63,700 nt of DNA, filler included, from Octopus bimaculoides (GCF_001194135.2; 5 parts of 5 records of this genome joined end to end with filler, not necessarily neighbours in it); one strand, 5' to 3'; counted from the first letter of the whole stretch, positions 13,898-26,571 are shown. Notes: generated from the letters alone by a model not told the origin. Numbers and translations: made by a program.

Positions 13898-13997
13898 NNN
13901 NNNNNNNNNNNNNNNNNNNNNNNNNNNNNNNNNNNNNNNNNTTAATTAATTAANNNNNNNNNNNNNNNNNNNNNNNNNNNNNNNNNNNNNNNNNNNN
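13898..13997. other. Synthetic scaffold join N44-TTAATTAATTAA-N44 (also 32849-32948, 54119-54218, 62291-62390)
   Basis: Identical 100-bp layout four times; the 12-mer has stops in all six frames. Confidence 0.97.
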
Positions 13998-14239
13998 TTT
14001 TTTTTTTTTTTTTTTGTTTTCATGTTAGTTTTTTTCATGTAAAGCATGAAGCAGAATGTTATTGAGAAATGTAAATATTTTTTATCTGCATAGAAGTTCA
14101 TATTGTTGTGGTTGTTGTAGTGATGCTAGTGGTAGTGGTTGTTGTTGTTGTGCTTGCTTTTGCTGCTGTTTCTGCTGCTGCTGCTGCTGCTGCTGTTGTT
14201 GCTGTTGCCTTTTTTTTGTTGTTGTTTGGTCTGAGGTGA

Positions 14240-16760
14240 TCCCTAATTCAGGTGAACCCTCATTAAAAAAGACTGCAGCTGAGCCAATGGCTATTATATT
14301 TGACCTTCAGTGCTCTAAAACCTTGTCTCTCTGGAAGTCAAAGTTCCTTTTTTTCCTACATTACCTTTTCCAGTGTGGAGGTGCAATGGCCAAGTGGTTA
14401 GGGCAGCGGACTCGCGGTTTCGATTCCCAGACCGGGCGTTGTGAGTGTTTATTGAGCGAAAACACCTAAAGCTCCTCGAGGCACCGGCAGGGGATGGTGG
14501 CGAACCCTGCTGTACTCTTTCACCACAACTTTCTCTCACTCTTACTTCCTGTTTCTGTTGTGCCTGTAGTTCAAAGGGTCAGCTTTGTCACACTGTGTCA
14601 CACTGAATATCCCCGAGAACTACGTTAAGGGTACACGTGTCTGTGGAGTGCTCAGCCACTTGCATGTTAATTTCATGAGCAAGCTGTTCCGTTGATCGGA
14701 TCAACTAGAACTCTCAACATCGGAAGTGACGGAGTGCAAACAACAACCTTTTCCAGTGTATGTTGGTACCAAGCACCCATTTCGTCATAGCCATACTCCA
14801 GCCATACTTTGGGGGCTATCTTGTCATGCTTTCACAAGCACTAAAAATGTGAGTCATGCTTATGACCTTCCTCCCACATACTCTGCATAGGTTGATTGCA
14901 ATTGTATGGTATGTATCCCTTTTCAGTGAGTTGGTATTCAGTGCCTGGTCCAGGGCAGTGATGATTAAGCTTTCAGTCTTCTTTTTAAGGTTACTATTGC
15001 TGAGCCACATCCATGATGCTTCCTGATCTTTTAAGTTGTTAGTTTCACAGTGGAACTGACCATGTAATTCCAAGCAGAGTAGCGTTTCTTCTCTCTCATT
15101 GGCAACTCATGATCAAAATTCATTAGAAATCTCAACTCCATTGATTGCAAATCCTTCTACATTAGCAGTATACCACAGCAGGTCTTGTTCATTGATTACC
15201 AAGTACTTTAGCATTTTTCTTCTTTCACTGTTGATGCACTCCTGTACGCTAATCAAACTAAGCCCACCTTTATACTTTTTCATGTACATCCTATGTATGT
15301 TTGCCTTAGGGTGGAAGGTATCATGCATTGTCATCATCTTTTGGGTAGTGTAATTGAAATAGTCAATTTCCACTCATGTCCATTGTTGATGGCAGTCACA
15401 AGGTTCCTTGCATTGAGTTTTGACTTCAAGAGAAGTTTGAAGTGCTTCAAATATTCAGTGGTGACCTTGACTTACATTTCTCTGTGCAAGATACTGTCCA
15501 TCTCCAGGATCCCAAGGTTCTTGTACCCATCAACATCTGGGCCTCCTATTTGAACTCCATTTGGCAGTTCTGTGTTCCTGCAATTTGCTCTTTTCTCCTC
15601 CTTCAAAGTGAGCACCACGCACTTTGAGATACTGAATTCCATTTTTATATCCTTGCTGCCTCATCCAGCCTCTCCATTTCAGGTTCTGTTCTTTGTGAAC
15701 AGTTTTAAATCATCCATGAAGAGAAGGTGGTTGAGACGAAGTCCATCCTTCCTCAGCTCATAGTGTGTGTTGACTTTGAGTAGAACTACAGAAAGTTGGA
15801 TCAAAGCTATAACAAACAGCAAAGGCGAATAAGAATCTTCCTGAAAGATAACTCTTTTGATTGTTAGCTCAGCTAAGTGCTGGTTGTTACAGAAAATACA
15901 TGTTTTCTAACTAGGCATGTTGTTCTTCATTAGTGCATATACATTCTCAGCTACTCCACACATGTCGAGTGTTCTCAGAATCCACAAATATGACAACATG
16001 TCATAAACCTTTTTAAAGTCTATCCGAGCCATTCACAAGTTTTTGGTGGGTTTTTTTTTTTTTTTTGGTACTGTTTGCAGTTCTCCATTACAACTGTGTT
16101 GATTACAAGGTGGTCCTTAGTGCCCTTGGATCTTTTACAGCATCCCTTTTGTTCTACCGGGAGTAGATTGTTTTCTGCAAGGAATGTATATTTTCTTTGT
16201 GAGGATACTTGTTAACACTTTCCATAAGAGGTTAAGACAAGTAATGAGTTAGTAATTGCCAACCTCATTGCCTGATCTTCCAGTAAATAATCTTCCAGTG
16301 ACAATGTTATCTCTCCCTCTACAATCCATTTCAGAACTGTACCATTCTGTAGGTAATCATCTAATTGCATACCAATTCGTTTGTGTGTTAACCTAAACCA
16401 GTTAAGCTTATAGCCTTGGATTTTATCTGGTCCTAATTGCTCTCCGGGGTGGCAGTTTTGATACCTATGTAATTACATCTTCCTTTGTTATGCATATATG
16501 ATCCTGCCTCAGAATCTCAAGGTGATGGAGTTCGGATCTTGAGGAATGAATACCCTCAGTACCATAGTTGCTAGAAACCTCTTGCTCCCCGCCTCCAGTT
16601 ATTCTAGAATTGTCAGGTTTACTCTGCTTCAGGAGGTATATTGTCTTCTGTTCTCCATCCAAGCTCTTAAAAAAACTACTTCTAGTTATTTGTGAACAGT
16701 TTGTTTTGACAGAACTGCAATATGCTATCATTGTAGCGTTGCACCTTCAATGTTTTTGCT
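14240..16760 (-). mobile_element. R4/Dong-clade LINE, long 5'-truncated decayed ORF (RT, CCHC, start of restriction-like endonuclease), interrupted by a SINE
   Basis: GPDKIQG, LITCLNLLWKVLTSI, DFKKVYD, IFQEDSYSPLLFVI, LNHLLFMDDLKLF, FHPKANIHRMYMKKYKGGLSL, CRVCGRKVISMTHIFSAC, NFDFQRDKVLEH*RSNII. Confidence 0.92.
14377..14745 (+). mobile_element. SINE family B with 14-bp TSD, inserted in the R4/Dong LINE
   Basis: tRNA-like head ggaggtgcaatggccaagtggttaggg...ggtttcgattccc; (CAA) tail; TSD accttttccagtgt at 14363-14376 and 14746-14759. Confidence 0.93.
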
Positions 16761-16955
16761 CAAATACAAAGTGTTTTGCGTAGGATATGTGCAGTGCCCA
16801 GTAGTGCAATTTTCTGTATGTTATATAAATTTGTAAGTCCTGGTGTTTTTGTTATTTATTTGTCTGAATATTTTTTTATTATACCTAAGGGACCTACTAT
16901 GATTGTTTCTGTTTTTAGATTCCACATTCGAGTTACCTCTATTTCCAGGTCTATC
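16761..16955 (-). mobile_element. R4/Dong-clade LINE 3' end, abutting (TAA)n at its 5' side
   Basis: DLEIEVTRMWNLKTETIIVGPLGIIKKYSDK...IQKIALLGTAHILRK. Confidence 0.85.
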
Positions 16956-17226
16956 ATTATTATTATTGTTACTATTTACACACCTTTTTATATAATCTCA
17001 TGTATTGCCCTGTACATTCCCCAATGTTTTGTGTGTGTGTGTGTGAACCCTTAGTGATTAATAAAGAAAACATTAATATTGTTTTATTTTTTTAGTCTTG
17101 TTTACACACAAAACTCTCACAACACATACTCACACACATACACACATTCTTTGTTTTGTCCTGACTGTCCATAATGTTTTTCATAATGTAAACCCTTGTG
17201 GTTAATTAAGAAATCGCTATTATTAT

Positions 17227-17432
17227 AAGCGGTGAGCTGGCAGAATCGTTAGCACACTGGACGAAAATCTTAGCGGTATTTCGCTCGTCGCTACGTTATG
17301 AGTTCAAATTGCGCCGCGGTTGACTTTGCCTTTCAGGGTCGATAAATTAAGTACCTGTGAAACACTGGGGTCGATGTAATCGACTACTCCCCTACCCCAA
17401 AATTACAAGCTTTGTACCTTTAGTAGAAAGAA
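17227..17432 (+). mobile_element. SINE family A, full length
   Basis: gcggtgagctggcagaatcgttagc (A box), gagttcaaat (B box), gtcgataaattaagtacc body, (ATT) tail. Confidence 0.92.
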
Positions 17433-17866
17433 TTAATATTATTATTATTATACCAATGTTAGAAATCATTATAGTTCTCGTTATTTTTGTTCCCGTTTGA
17501 TTGTGACAGACGTTTTATGACATTCTGCTATTTCTGTTTTACAACCAAGACAGTTTTATGTTTTTTGGCGTCCGTTAGCTCTCATTGTGTTCCTACTTAA
17601 ACCGCTTTCATAGTTTTCGTGTTGAGTGTCCCCTTCCACATAAACCCACCATAGCTCCTTTGACAGCTTGCCTTCCTTTTTTTTTTTTTGTACCTTTTAC
17701 CGCACATCAAAGGAACTATGTGGGTGTATAGGAGAGAAGCCTTGCATGTGTTTTGGGTATGTATGTGCGTATTTTCCTTTTCTCCTGTATTTATATTTGC
17801 GAATAAATGTACACACACATAGATATGTATGCGCGCGCGCTTGTATATATATATATATATATATAT

Positions 17867-17901
<35 letters not shown>

Positions 17902-17951
17902 CATACATACATACATACAAACATACAGACATACATACATACATACATACA

Positions 17952-17986
<35 letters not shown>

Positions 17987-18112
17987 NNNNNNNNNNNNNN
18001 NNNNNNNNNNNNNNNNNNNNNNNNNNNNNNNNNNNNNNNNNNNNNNNNNNNNNNNNNNNNNNNNNNNNNNNNNNNNNNNNNNNNNNNNNNNNNNNNNNNN
18101 NNNNNNNNNNNN

Positions 18113-18143
<31 letters not shown>

Positions 18144-19344
18144 CAGTCCCTCAGCCTTAGATATTTTCCTGTTTGTAAAAGACACACTTACACACACACA
18201 TATACAGACGTACGCGCTCTCGCACACAAATACACATGCACATACACATATATATCTGGAAATACATTCTTGTTCTTTTCCTATTTTTTACTTGCCTCTT
18301 TGATTGTATCGAGACAAGTTCCATATATTCACGTTATATCTAATTTCATGTATGTGTGTTTGAATGCGTGAATGCTAAGTATGTGAGCGTGTACCCGAAA
18401 GACGCACAGCCTTTTATATCGAGTCCTTCGCTCTATTATGTGCTAGCAAAGTGAGAAAATATAACTTTAAAGCGTTGCACGCACAGTCGATACATATATG
18501 CATGTAGATAGACCATAGGGACACCTTGACACACTCGTATAACACATCTGATGTGCGGAACAATATTCTTTGTCAGTTGCAATAGATTGAACGAAAGAAA
18601 AAGATGTAATGTTGAACCCAATGTTGGAAAGATATTACGTGACACTGTCTTCATTTCTTTTCATGGCTACATGTTGAATAAAGACTTACAAATAAACAGG
18701 CGTTGATAATTTGATCGAAATCGTTACGACTTATAAGATACCTGAATTGTGAAGCAAGCATCAATTCAATGTGAAAAGCAAGATGAGTGAAATTAATCAG
18801 TACTGAAGAAAAGTCGGCGCTCTCGAACAGCCTTTAATTCAACCAAGGACAAAGGAGTAACAGCTCAAAACTCATAAAACTGTTTTAACTATGAAGATTT
18901 TAACTATGAAGTTCAAATTTTAAAGCATGGATTATATGCGAAATCGCCACTAATTTATTTTTAATCATCGGTTGCACTGAAGGTCTAAATGATTAAGAAC
19001 AACATCTCTACGAAGTCGTGTGACCTGTTTTAGATGGAAGTGAAATTTCCCTTAATTCAGACACTAACATTTTCAAAAGAAAAAGAATTACACATTGAGC
19101 CTTAAATAATTAGGTCCAAAAAAACGAGATGGTCGCCGCTCGAATGAAGCTAATTTAAGGCTAAAGAAAAGCAATAACAAGCTACTTAATAACATAAAAC
19201 TTAAGCTGTACTCAGTTTGCCAATTATATTCATCCACTATAATTCAGCAGAGCTGTCAAACCAAAGCAACATACATACATACATACATACATATATACCA
19301 TACCATACCATACCAAACGAAGCCGAGTATATGTATCGCAGTAT

Positions 19345-19510
19345 CTTATTTTAAAGGAGACACCCAACGAGTTGCAGCTTGCAGTGGTGGATGCAGCACA
19401 ACTACATGTACGATATCCCACCCGTAAGGAACAGATGCAGGATAGGTCGAAACGATCGTTGTATTGAATAAAGATTCTTGCTAACTCCATTTTCCGTTTC
19501 CTCATTCATT

Positions 19511-19557
<47 letters not shown>

Positions 19558-19730
19558 ATTAATAAGGGAGATGGCAGATAGAAGAAACGAGGATGTTTAT
19601 TGATCACTACAATTGTTTCTACCCATCTAGCATTGATCCCTCATGGGTGGGATACCGAACAACTAGTTTAGGAGTATCCGTCGGTGTAGATGTCTCTCTT
19701 CATGTGATTACAAGATGTATCTCGTAAAAA
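19345..19730. mobile_element. Two diverged copies of a Penelope-like terminal repeat, tail-to-tail around (TA)n
   Basis: 19412-19511 aligns with the reverse complement of 19556-19656 (tatcccaccc..gg..atgc..gat.ggt.gaaac.at.gt...aataaa). Confidence 0.55.
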
Positions 19731-20536
19731 TAGCGTCTCTTCCGTAAGATTTATTTTCAGTAAATATATGAGAGAGTACACATTGAATTATGTAGTCCAA
19801 ATAACAAAATGTCGGAAATAAATGGTATGGTCATAATTGGAATGCCTTTGATCTTAGATTTACTCAATCGGGGTTGACAAAAGGCTTGACAGCTCATATA
19901 AAGAACCTCTTTTCCAAATGTTATGACTCTCCTTATCTTTATTGTCCTTTCTTGGAAACAGCATTTCTGAGATAATTATCTCAGAACTATTTAATTTCTA
20001 AAAAAATCGATGCTTAATTCTACGCTAATAAATATACATATTTATATGTTGTTGACAGAAATTCGAAGGATTGTTTCGCCTGTGAAGTTAACAAAAAGCG
20101 TGAGTTCGTGTCCTACGAGTAGCTTCGACCTTTTGTGGTCAACAGTTTTGTTGACTTAATATTTGTACACCATTATTTATAGCTTTATCTGCTTCGAGAT
20201 CCACCGTTCGAAAGAAGAATTATTTCCCATATCTGTATATTTATTTAGTGATTCGTTCAGTACTTCTTGAGAAAGTCACTATGTAGCAATTCAATAAATG
20301 GATCTCCGTCGGGTTCGGCGATAAGTACTCTGTATTCGCTAATTGCACTATCTGTTACAATGAATAAGTGTGAAATATTCCACAGACATACGTACACTTA
20401 ACAACATTTTTGAGACAGAATCAGCGTGACACTATGTGTGGCAAATCTAGACCTTTGGATATGTACTATCCATCCGACAGGTCTTCACAATCTCCATCTG
20501 CCCAATTTCATTCACAAGTCTTAAAATGATCTAAGG

Positions 20537-22922
20537 CATGGGTCACCAAACTACGGTCCGCAGGCCGGATCCGGCCGGCGACGTCAATTTGTCCGGCCTG
20601 TCGGCGCATGCTGAAAAAAGAATAAACATGCTTTTATACTGCTTTTTACACTTCTTAGATTACGCATGTCGTATGTATACTGAGTCAGTCTCTGCACGCG
20701 CTATGTATCTCACGCGCCATAATAATTACTACAGTACATCACGTTGCCTTGGGCTAGTTAGTTATTAGTGATTTCAATTAAAACGAGAATATCTGACGCC
20801 GAGGCTTAAGACTGCTTTTGTTTTTTTCGTCACCCAACATTATGGCTACTAAGAAGAGAAAGGTTGATGATGAATGTCACATTTTCAATAAAGAATGGGG
20901 AAAAAGTTCTTCTTTGGGGAAACAAACGACCAAAAAGCTAGCTGCCTGATATGCGACGAAAGTGTTGCTGTTATGAAAGAGTGCAATATTCGTCGTCACT
21001 TCGAAGCAAAATATCTCTCAACAACATTCTAAATATTCTGGAAAGTTGCGGTCCGAGAAATTTGAATCTATGAAACGTAGTTTGGAATCTCAAAGGAATT
21101 TCTTTACGAAACGTTTGTTCAAAAGGAATCTTTCACTCGCGTAAGTTACAAAATAGTGAATAAGTTGGCAGAGTGAGGAAAACCATTTACTGGCGGAAAC
21201 TTTATAAAAAAGTGCACAGTGGAAGCAGCAACTGACTTGTGTCCTGAAAAGTCTAACATGTTTGGCTGTATCAGCCTTTCAGCAAGTTCAGTTGTGCGGA
21301 GAATAGAACTTGGAGAGAATATACAGTTACAGACATGAGAAAGCTAAGAACGTTTTATGGTATTCTCTTACAATGGATGAGTCTACTGATCTCTCTAGTA
21401 CGTCACAGCTTCTTGTGTTCGTTCGTAGGTGTTAATTGCAACTTTGAGATTATAGAAGAAATGGCATCCGTTTACAGTATACATGGAAAAAATAACTGGA
21501 GAAGATATTTTCATAGAGGTGCAGAAAATTTTTGGAAAACTATAACCTTCAGTGGAATCAGCTTCGGTATGTCGATGGAGGAAAAAACATGGCAGGAGTG
21601 AGGAAAGGTTTGGTAGGGCGGATCCAGACCAGTTTGGAGGAGCTTCAACTTCCGAAAACTCTGTTTATACACAACATTATACATCAGCAAGCATTCTGTG
21701 GAAAACACGTAGATATTTCTTGCGTACTAAAACCGGTTACAACTGTGGTGAACTTTATTCGGAATCATGGGCTTAATCACCGACAGTTCGAGGCTTTCCT
21801 TGAAGAAATAGATTCTAATTTCTGTGACTTGCCTTACTACACAGAAGTGAGATGGTACAGTTGCGGTAATGTCCTGTTTCGTTTATATAAGCTCCGAAGA
21901 GAAAAAGATTTTTTTCTCACCGAAAAGAATAAGGCTGATCCACAGCTGTCAGATCCTTCATGGCTTTCAAAGTTGTCATTTTTAGTTGACGTCACTTCTC
22001 ATATGAATGAATTGAATTTAGAATTGCAAGGAAAGAATAAACTTGTCTGTGATCTCTACGGAATTATTACAGCTTTTCGGAGAAAGCTATCATTGATTGA
22101 AGCACAACTTCAAGAAGGAAGCTTCTCTCATTTTCACTGTTTTCAAGAGTTTTGCACAGAAAATGTGGAGCATATTAACCTCGAGTTTCAGAAAAAAATT
22201 ATTCGGGACTTAAATAAGCATTTTTCTCAAAGATTTTCAGATCTTGACAGAATTGAAAATGAAATTCTTTTGTTTGAGAATCTCTTTGGCTATAATCTTG
22301 ATAACATGCCCATTGAACTACAACTGGAGCTTATTGACTTGCAAGCTAATACCTTGTTGAAAGAGAAGCACAGAGAAGGAAAACTGATTGAATTTTATCG
22401 CTGCTTGCCAGCGGATGAGTTTTCAAAATTGAAAACAGTTACTTCAGGTACGGCATTAGTTTTTGGAACAACTTATGTTTGTGAGCAAACTTTTCAAAAA
22501 TGAAGTGTGTGGAGTCAATACATCCAATAAGGCTCACTAATGAACATTTGAAAGCAATTCTTATGATTGGCTGAGGCAATCATAAAGCAAATGTTGATAT
22601 TTTGGAAGCAAAACACCAGTTTCTCAAATCTCATTAACTTTTGTGCTGCTTACTTTTTATGCAATTCAACTATGTGCGCACTTTTTCTAAAAATTCTAAC
22701 TTGATAATATTTTGGTATAATTAAAAAAATGTTTATTGTTCTTATTATTTTGTGCATTTTATGTATTGATAAATAGATAGGACGACTGTCTTTGTTTTTT
22801 GTTTTTGTCTACATTCAGTGTATTCTATATTGTACTGAATTGAACAAAATATTTATCCGGCCCGCGCTTGGCATTCTTTTAGCTATATCTGGCCCACTAT
22901 GGAAAATGTTTGGTGACCCCTG
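20537..22922 (+). mobile_element. Full-length hAT (Charlie-type) DNA transposon
   Basis: 15-bp TIRs CAKGGGTCACCAAAC; 8-bp TSD atctaagg/atctaatg; subterminal ggcccg repeats. Confidence 0.95.
20842..22637 (+). pseudogene. hAT/Charlie transposase pseudogene
   Basis: MATKKRKVDDECHIFNKEW, CLICDESV zinc finger, YSLTMDESTD, YVDGGKNMAG, HNIIHQQAFC, YTEVRW, TYVCEQTF, ends SH*; frameshifts and stops; longest ORF 21532-22503. Confidence 0.93.
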
Positions 22923-23053
22923 ATCTAATGCAATAGTAAAAGACCCTTGCCTAAGTTACCACTCAGTGGGATCAGTCTTGAGACACCGTGATTACGAAGC
23001 AAACTTCTTCGTCGTTCAACGCTGCGTTGTTAGGCTTCATTGTTGATATTCTA

Positions 23054-24393
23054 TTGGATTGGCAACTAAGTTCCTGCCGTTTTTTTTTTAATTTTGGAAT
23101 TTATTTTTTAAATTTTGGAATCTATTTTTTTTCAAGAATTCTATTTTTGAATCATTTTGGAATCTATTTTGTTTTTTGGGGTTTTTTTTCTAGTTAATTT
23201 TAGTTAATTTCTGTTTATTTTCAAATCATTAAAATGGAATGTCAAGTTAAGAAAANNNNNNNNNNNNNNNNNNNNNNNNNNNNNNNNNNNNNNNNNNNNN
23301 NNNNNNNNNNNNNNNNNNNNNNNNNNNNNNNNNNNNNNNNNNNNNNNNNNNNNNNNNNNNNNNNNNNNNNNNNNNNNNNNNNNNNNNNNNNNNNNNNNNN
23401 NNNNNNNNNNNNNNNNNNNNNNNNNNNNNNNNNNNNNNNNNNNNNNNNNNNNNNNNNNNNNNNNNNNNNNNNNNNNNNNNNNNNNNNNNNNNNNNNNNNN
23501 NNNNNNNNNNNNNNNNNNNNNNNNNNNNNNNNNNNNNNNNNNNNNNCATCAAACGACAAGGGAACTGGCAAAGAAAATGGAATGCTCCCACACTGCTATA
23601 GAGAAGCATCTTCACTCGATGGGAAAGGTTCAGAAGTATGGAGCTTGGGTTCCGCATGCTTTAAGTGACAACAACAAAAATCAACGAGCCACAATCTCCG
23701 CTGGTTTGCTTGCACGTTACCGCTCAACTCATGGACACAAGCAACCATTTCTTTACCGAATTGTTACTGGCGACGAAAAATGGTACTTGTACATCAATAT
23801 GAAGCAGCGTAAGGAATGGCTTAGCCCCGGTAAACAAGTGACACCGCGCGTGAAACAAGATCTTCATCCGTGTAAAACGATATTGTGCGTATGGTGGGAA
23901 TGGCAAGGGATTATCCATTACGAATTGCTTGAACGGAACCAAACGGTCAACTGGAACGACTCAACACGGCTATTCAAGAGAAAAGACCTAATCGGCAGCA
24001 TGGAATTCTTCTGCTGCACGACAATGCCCACTCTCATATCGCCAATATGAACAAGGAAGCCATTCAAACGCAGGCTGGGAAGTGCTGCCACATCCAGAAT
24101 ACTCTCCTGATTTGGCACCAACGGATTTCCGCCTCTTTCGATCTCTTTCAAATGCTATGCGCGGAATTTAGTTCAATTCTAATGCAGAATTGAGAGCTTG
24201 GCTGGATCAATTTTTCGAGTCGAAGTCGGGTGATTTCTACCAACGAGGCATTGAAAATCTTGTTGGACGTTGGGAAGAAGTTGTAAACAACAAGGGTGAA
24301 TACATTATTGATTAATTAGTTGTTATTTTTTTTATTAAACCTTTTAAGAATTTAAATTTAGAAAAAACGGTGGGAACTTAGTTGCCAACCCAA
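23054..24393 (+). mobile_element. Full-length mariner (D,D34D) with decayed transposase 23234-24315; N gap 23256-23546
   Basis: 32-bp TIRs ttggRttggcaactaagttcc.. (3 mismatches) flanked by TA; WVPHAL, TGDEKW, HPCKTILCVWW, LLHDNA, YSPDLAPTDF. Confidence 0.95.
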
Positions 24394-24499
24394 TACAAAG
24401 CGCAAAATACACGTCTGGAATAATTCCTCATAATTGTAATAATAACAAAAAGAATAAAATAATAAAATCATATAGTTCAGCAATGTAACTACACACGTG

Positions 24500-24640
24500 C
24501 CGTTGGCGATTTCTTTTCCTTCATTGGGCTTTTCCCTTTCTCCTTTCTGACGAAGAGCTATGCTCGAAACGTCAACTCTCTTTCACCGAGTGTCAAACTA
24601 ATACATTTCTTGTGCACGTCTTCATGTTGTCTGTTTTTAT
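24500..24640 (+). mobile_element. Penelope-like terminal-repeat fragment
   Basis: ctgacgaagagc...ctcgaaacgtc signature; related copy at about 47930-48090. Confidence 0.6.
24547..24573 (+). ncRNA. Minimal type I hammerhead ribozyme motif
   Basis: CTGACGA-A, stem II GAGC/tat/GCTC, GAAA, palindromic ACGT stem III, GUC cleavage triplet; stem I weak. Confidence 0.55.
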
Positions 24641-24659
24641 TCGTTTATTTGAATTGACG

Positions 24660-24714
<55 letters not shown>

Positions 24715-24915
24715 TTTGTGTCTGTCCCCCACTCCAATCACCGTTTGACAATCAGTATTGGTGTATTTATGTCTCCATAACTTAGCTGTTCGGCAAAATG
24801 AACTGATAGAATAAGTACCAGACTTAGAAAATAAGCCCTGAGGTCGATTTGTTCGACTAAAAGGCTCTGCTCCAGCATGGCCGCAGTCAAATGGCTGAAA
24901 CAAGTAAATGAGCAA
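24660..24915 (+). mobile_element. SINE family C, 3' half starting at (TG)n
   Basis: gtttgacaatcagtattggtgt...ccagcatggccgcagtcaaatggctgaaacaagtaaa. Confidence 0.85.
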
Positions 24916-25130
24916 AAGAATAAGGGTAAATTTTATACGTATTGTCACTTTAAATAAGTGCAAAATTACAATTGTTAGTCCCTCGAACGATTAAATTTGC
25001 AATTTCATTGTCGCAAAGTGTTGTAAAATATTCACTTTCATTTTATGATGGCTGTATCCATGTAAAATTTTTGAAACATCAATTGATGATATTCGCTGTT
25101 CTTTAGTGGAACATCAATCGATGATGTCCG

Positions 25131-25668
25131 CAGAGGCATAGCCAGGTTCTAAAGTTAGTGGGAGCGAGCACATAAAAAAATACGCCGTGACACATACCAA
25201 GCAATTTTAAACTCATTTCTCTTATATTACGCGAAATATTTCATTACTTATAACATACGTAACTGTATTCTACATTCATTAATTTCGTTTCAGTAACAAT
25301 GTCATTATGTATTAATCTTACAACTAGTGATATAGATGTGACGTGAAAACGATGAAGTTTCACATGATCGTCCAATGTCGAGAGGTTATGATGTTAGGGT
25401 TTGTTTTGTTTCTTCACATGTCAGTGGCTACCAACACATCGATGGAGATTGAGAAGACAATTCAAAAACACAGGATTTGGTCAAATAAAGTAATGACTCC
25501 AGAATGTTTTTCCAATCCCATGAAATAAACAACAAAAGGGATTCGACTTTTATCGCACAAGTGTACTAAAGAGTTAAAAACAATGATGAAAAGGTGCCAA
25601 TTTTGAAAAATGTGCTGGAAGGATGGGGAACGGTCACTCCCCTTGCTCTCTTATTAGCTACACCACTG
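25131..25668. mobile_element. Non-autonomous hAT element (MITE)
   Basis: TIR cagaggcatagcca vs cagtggtgtagcta (10/14); 8-bp TSD gatgtccg/gatgtcag. Confidence 0.7.
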
Positions 25669-26571
25669 GATGTCAGCCGTTCAAGAGTTAAATGAATTTC
25701 CCCACAGACTCCAGGTTTTGAAATGTCTCTCAACTCGATAAGCATATTCTATTAACTAACAACAAAGTCGTTTTCCCATTTTCATCTCTCAGTTGAAAGA
25801 CTGAAATATAACGTAATAAACCAATGTAGCCGAGTAACTGTATATTTTCAAGGTAATTTAAACAAATTTTGAACACAACTCAAGAACCCTCAATTGTTGT
25901 AGAGCTCCAGAAGCCCACGGAACACAGGTGGGGAACCTCTACTCTACAACGTCTCCAAATACGCCACATGACCAAATACAGGGTTTATATCATGATTGCT
26001 TACCTGAGTCGATTACTGTTATGTTCGAGCCAATTAGGGAGCCTCGAAATTGTCGGTTGGTTTGCTACAAATAGCCACCATATACTCCTCAAACTACATC
26101 TTATCTTAAAAAATGCAAGAGCACATTGTACTCTTGGATACATTGTCTGAAAATTAAGACGAGGTGATCATAGCCAGAATGCATTGATAGCAAATATTTT
26201 TGGTCAAAACTGACTTGGGGCTGAATAACTATTGGTCTTCTGATCAGATTCTAGAACAATACCTTACAGCTCCCTTTACTTCAATCAAATCCGATGATTA
26301 CTTTTTAAAAAATATACTAATATTCTATGCCTACTCCTATGGAAGCATTGTACATTTAATTCATGATTATCTCGTTACTTCTTCGTATTGAATAACCAAG
26401 TATATGTTTCTCTGAAAAGGTCAAATAAAAAGAACGTCTCGAGTTCTCCACATTTCGCCCTTCTCGTAATTATTTCTTATCAGCATTTGCATGTCCACAG
26501 CATTAACTGTGCTAACATCAACTTAAATATAATGAGGTCGATCAATCTGCTACAAGAACCAAACAAAAGAA

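Noticed and set aside
13942-13953. TTAATTAATTAA as a piggyBac or homeodomain site
   Set aside because: Centred in N runs four times, so it is an assembly marker
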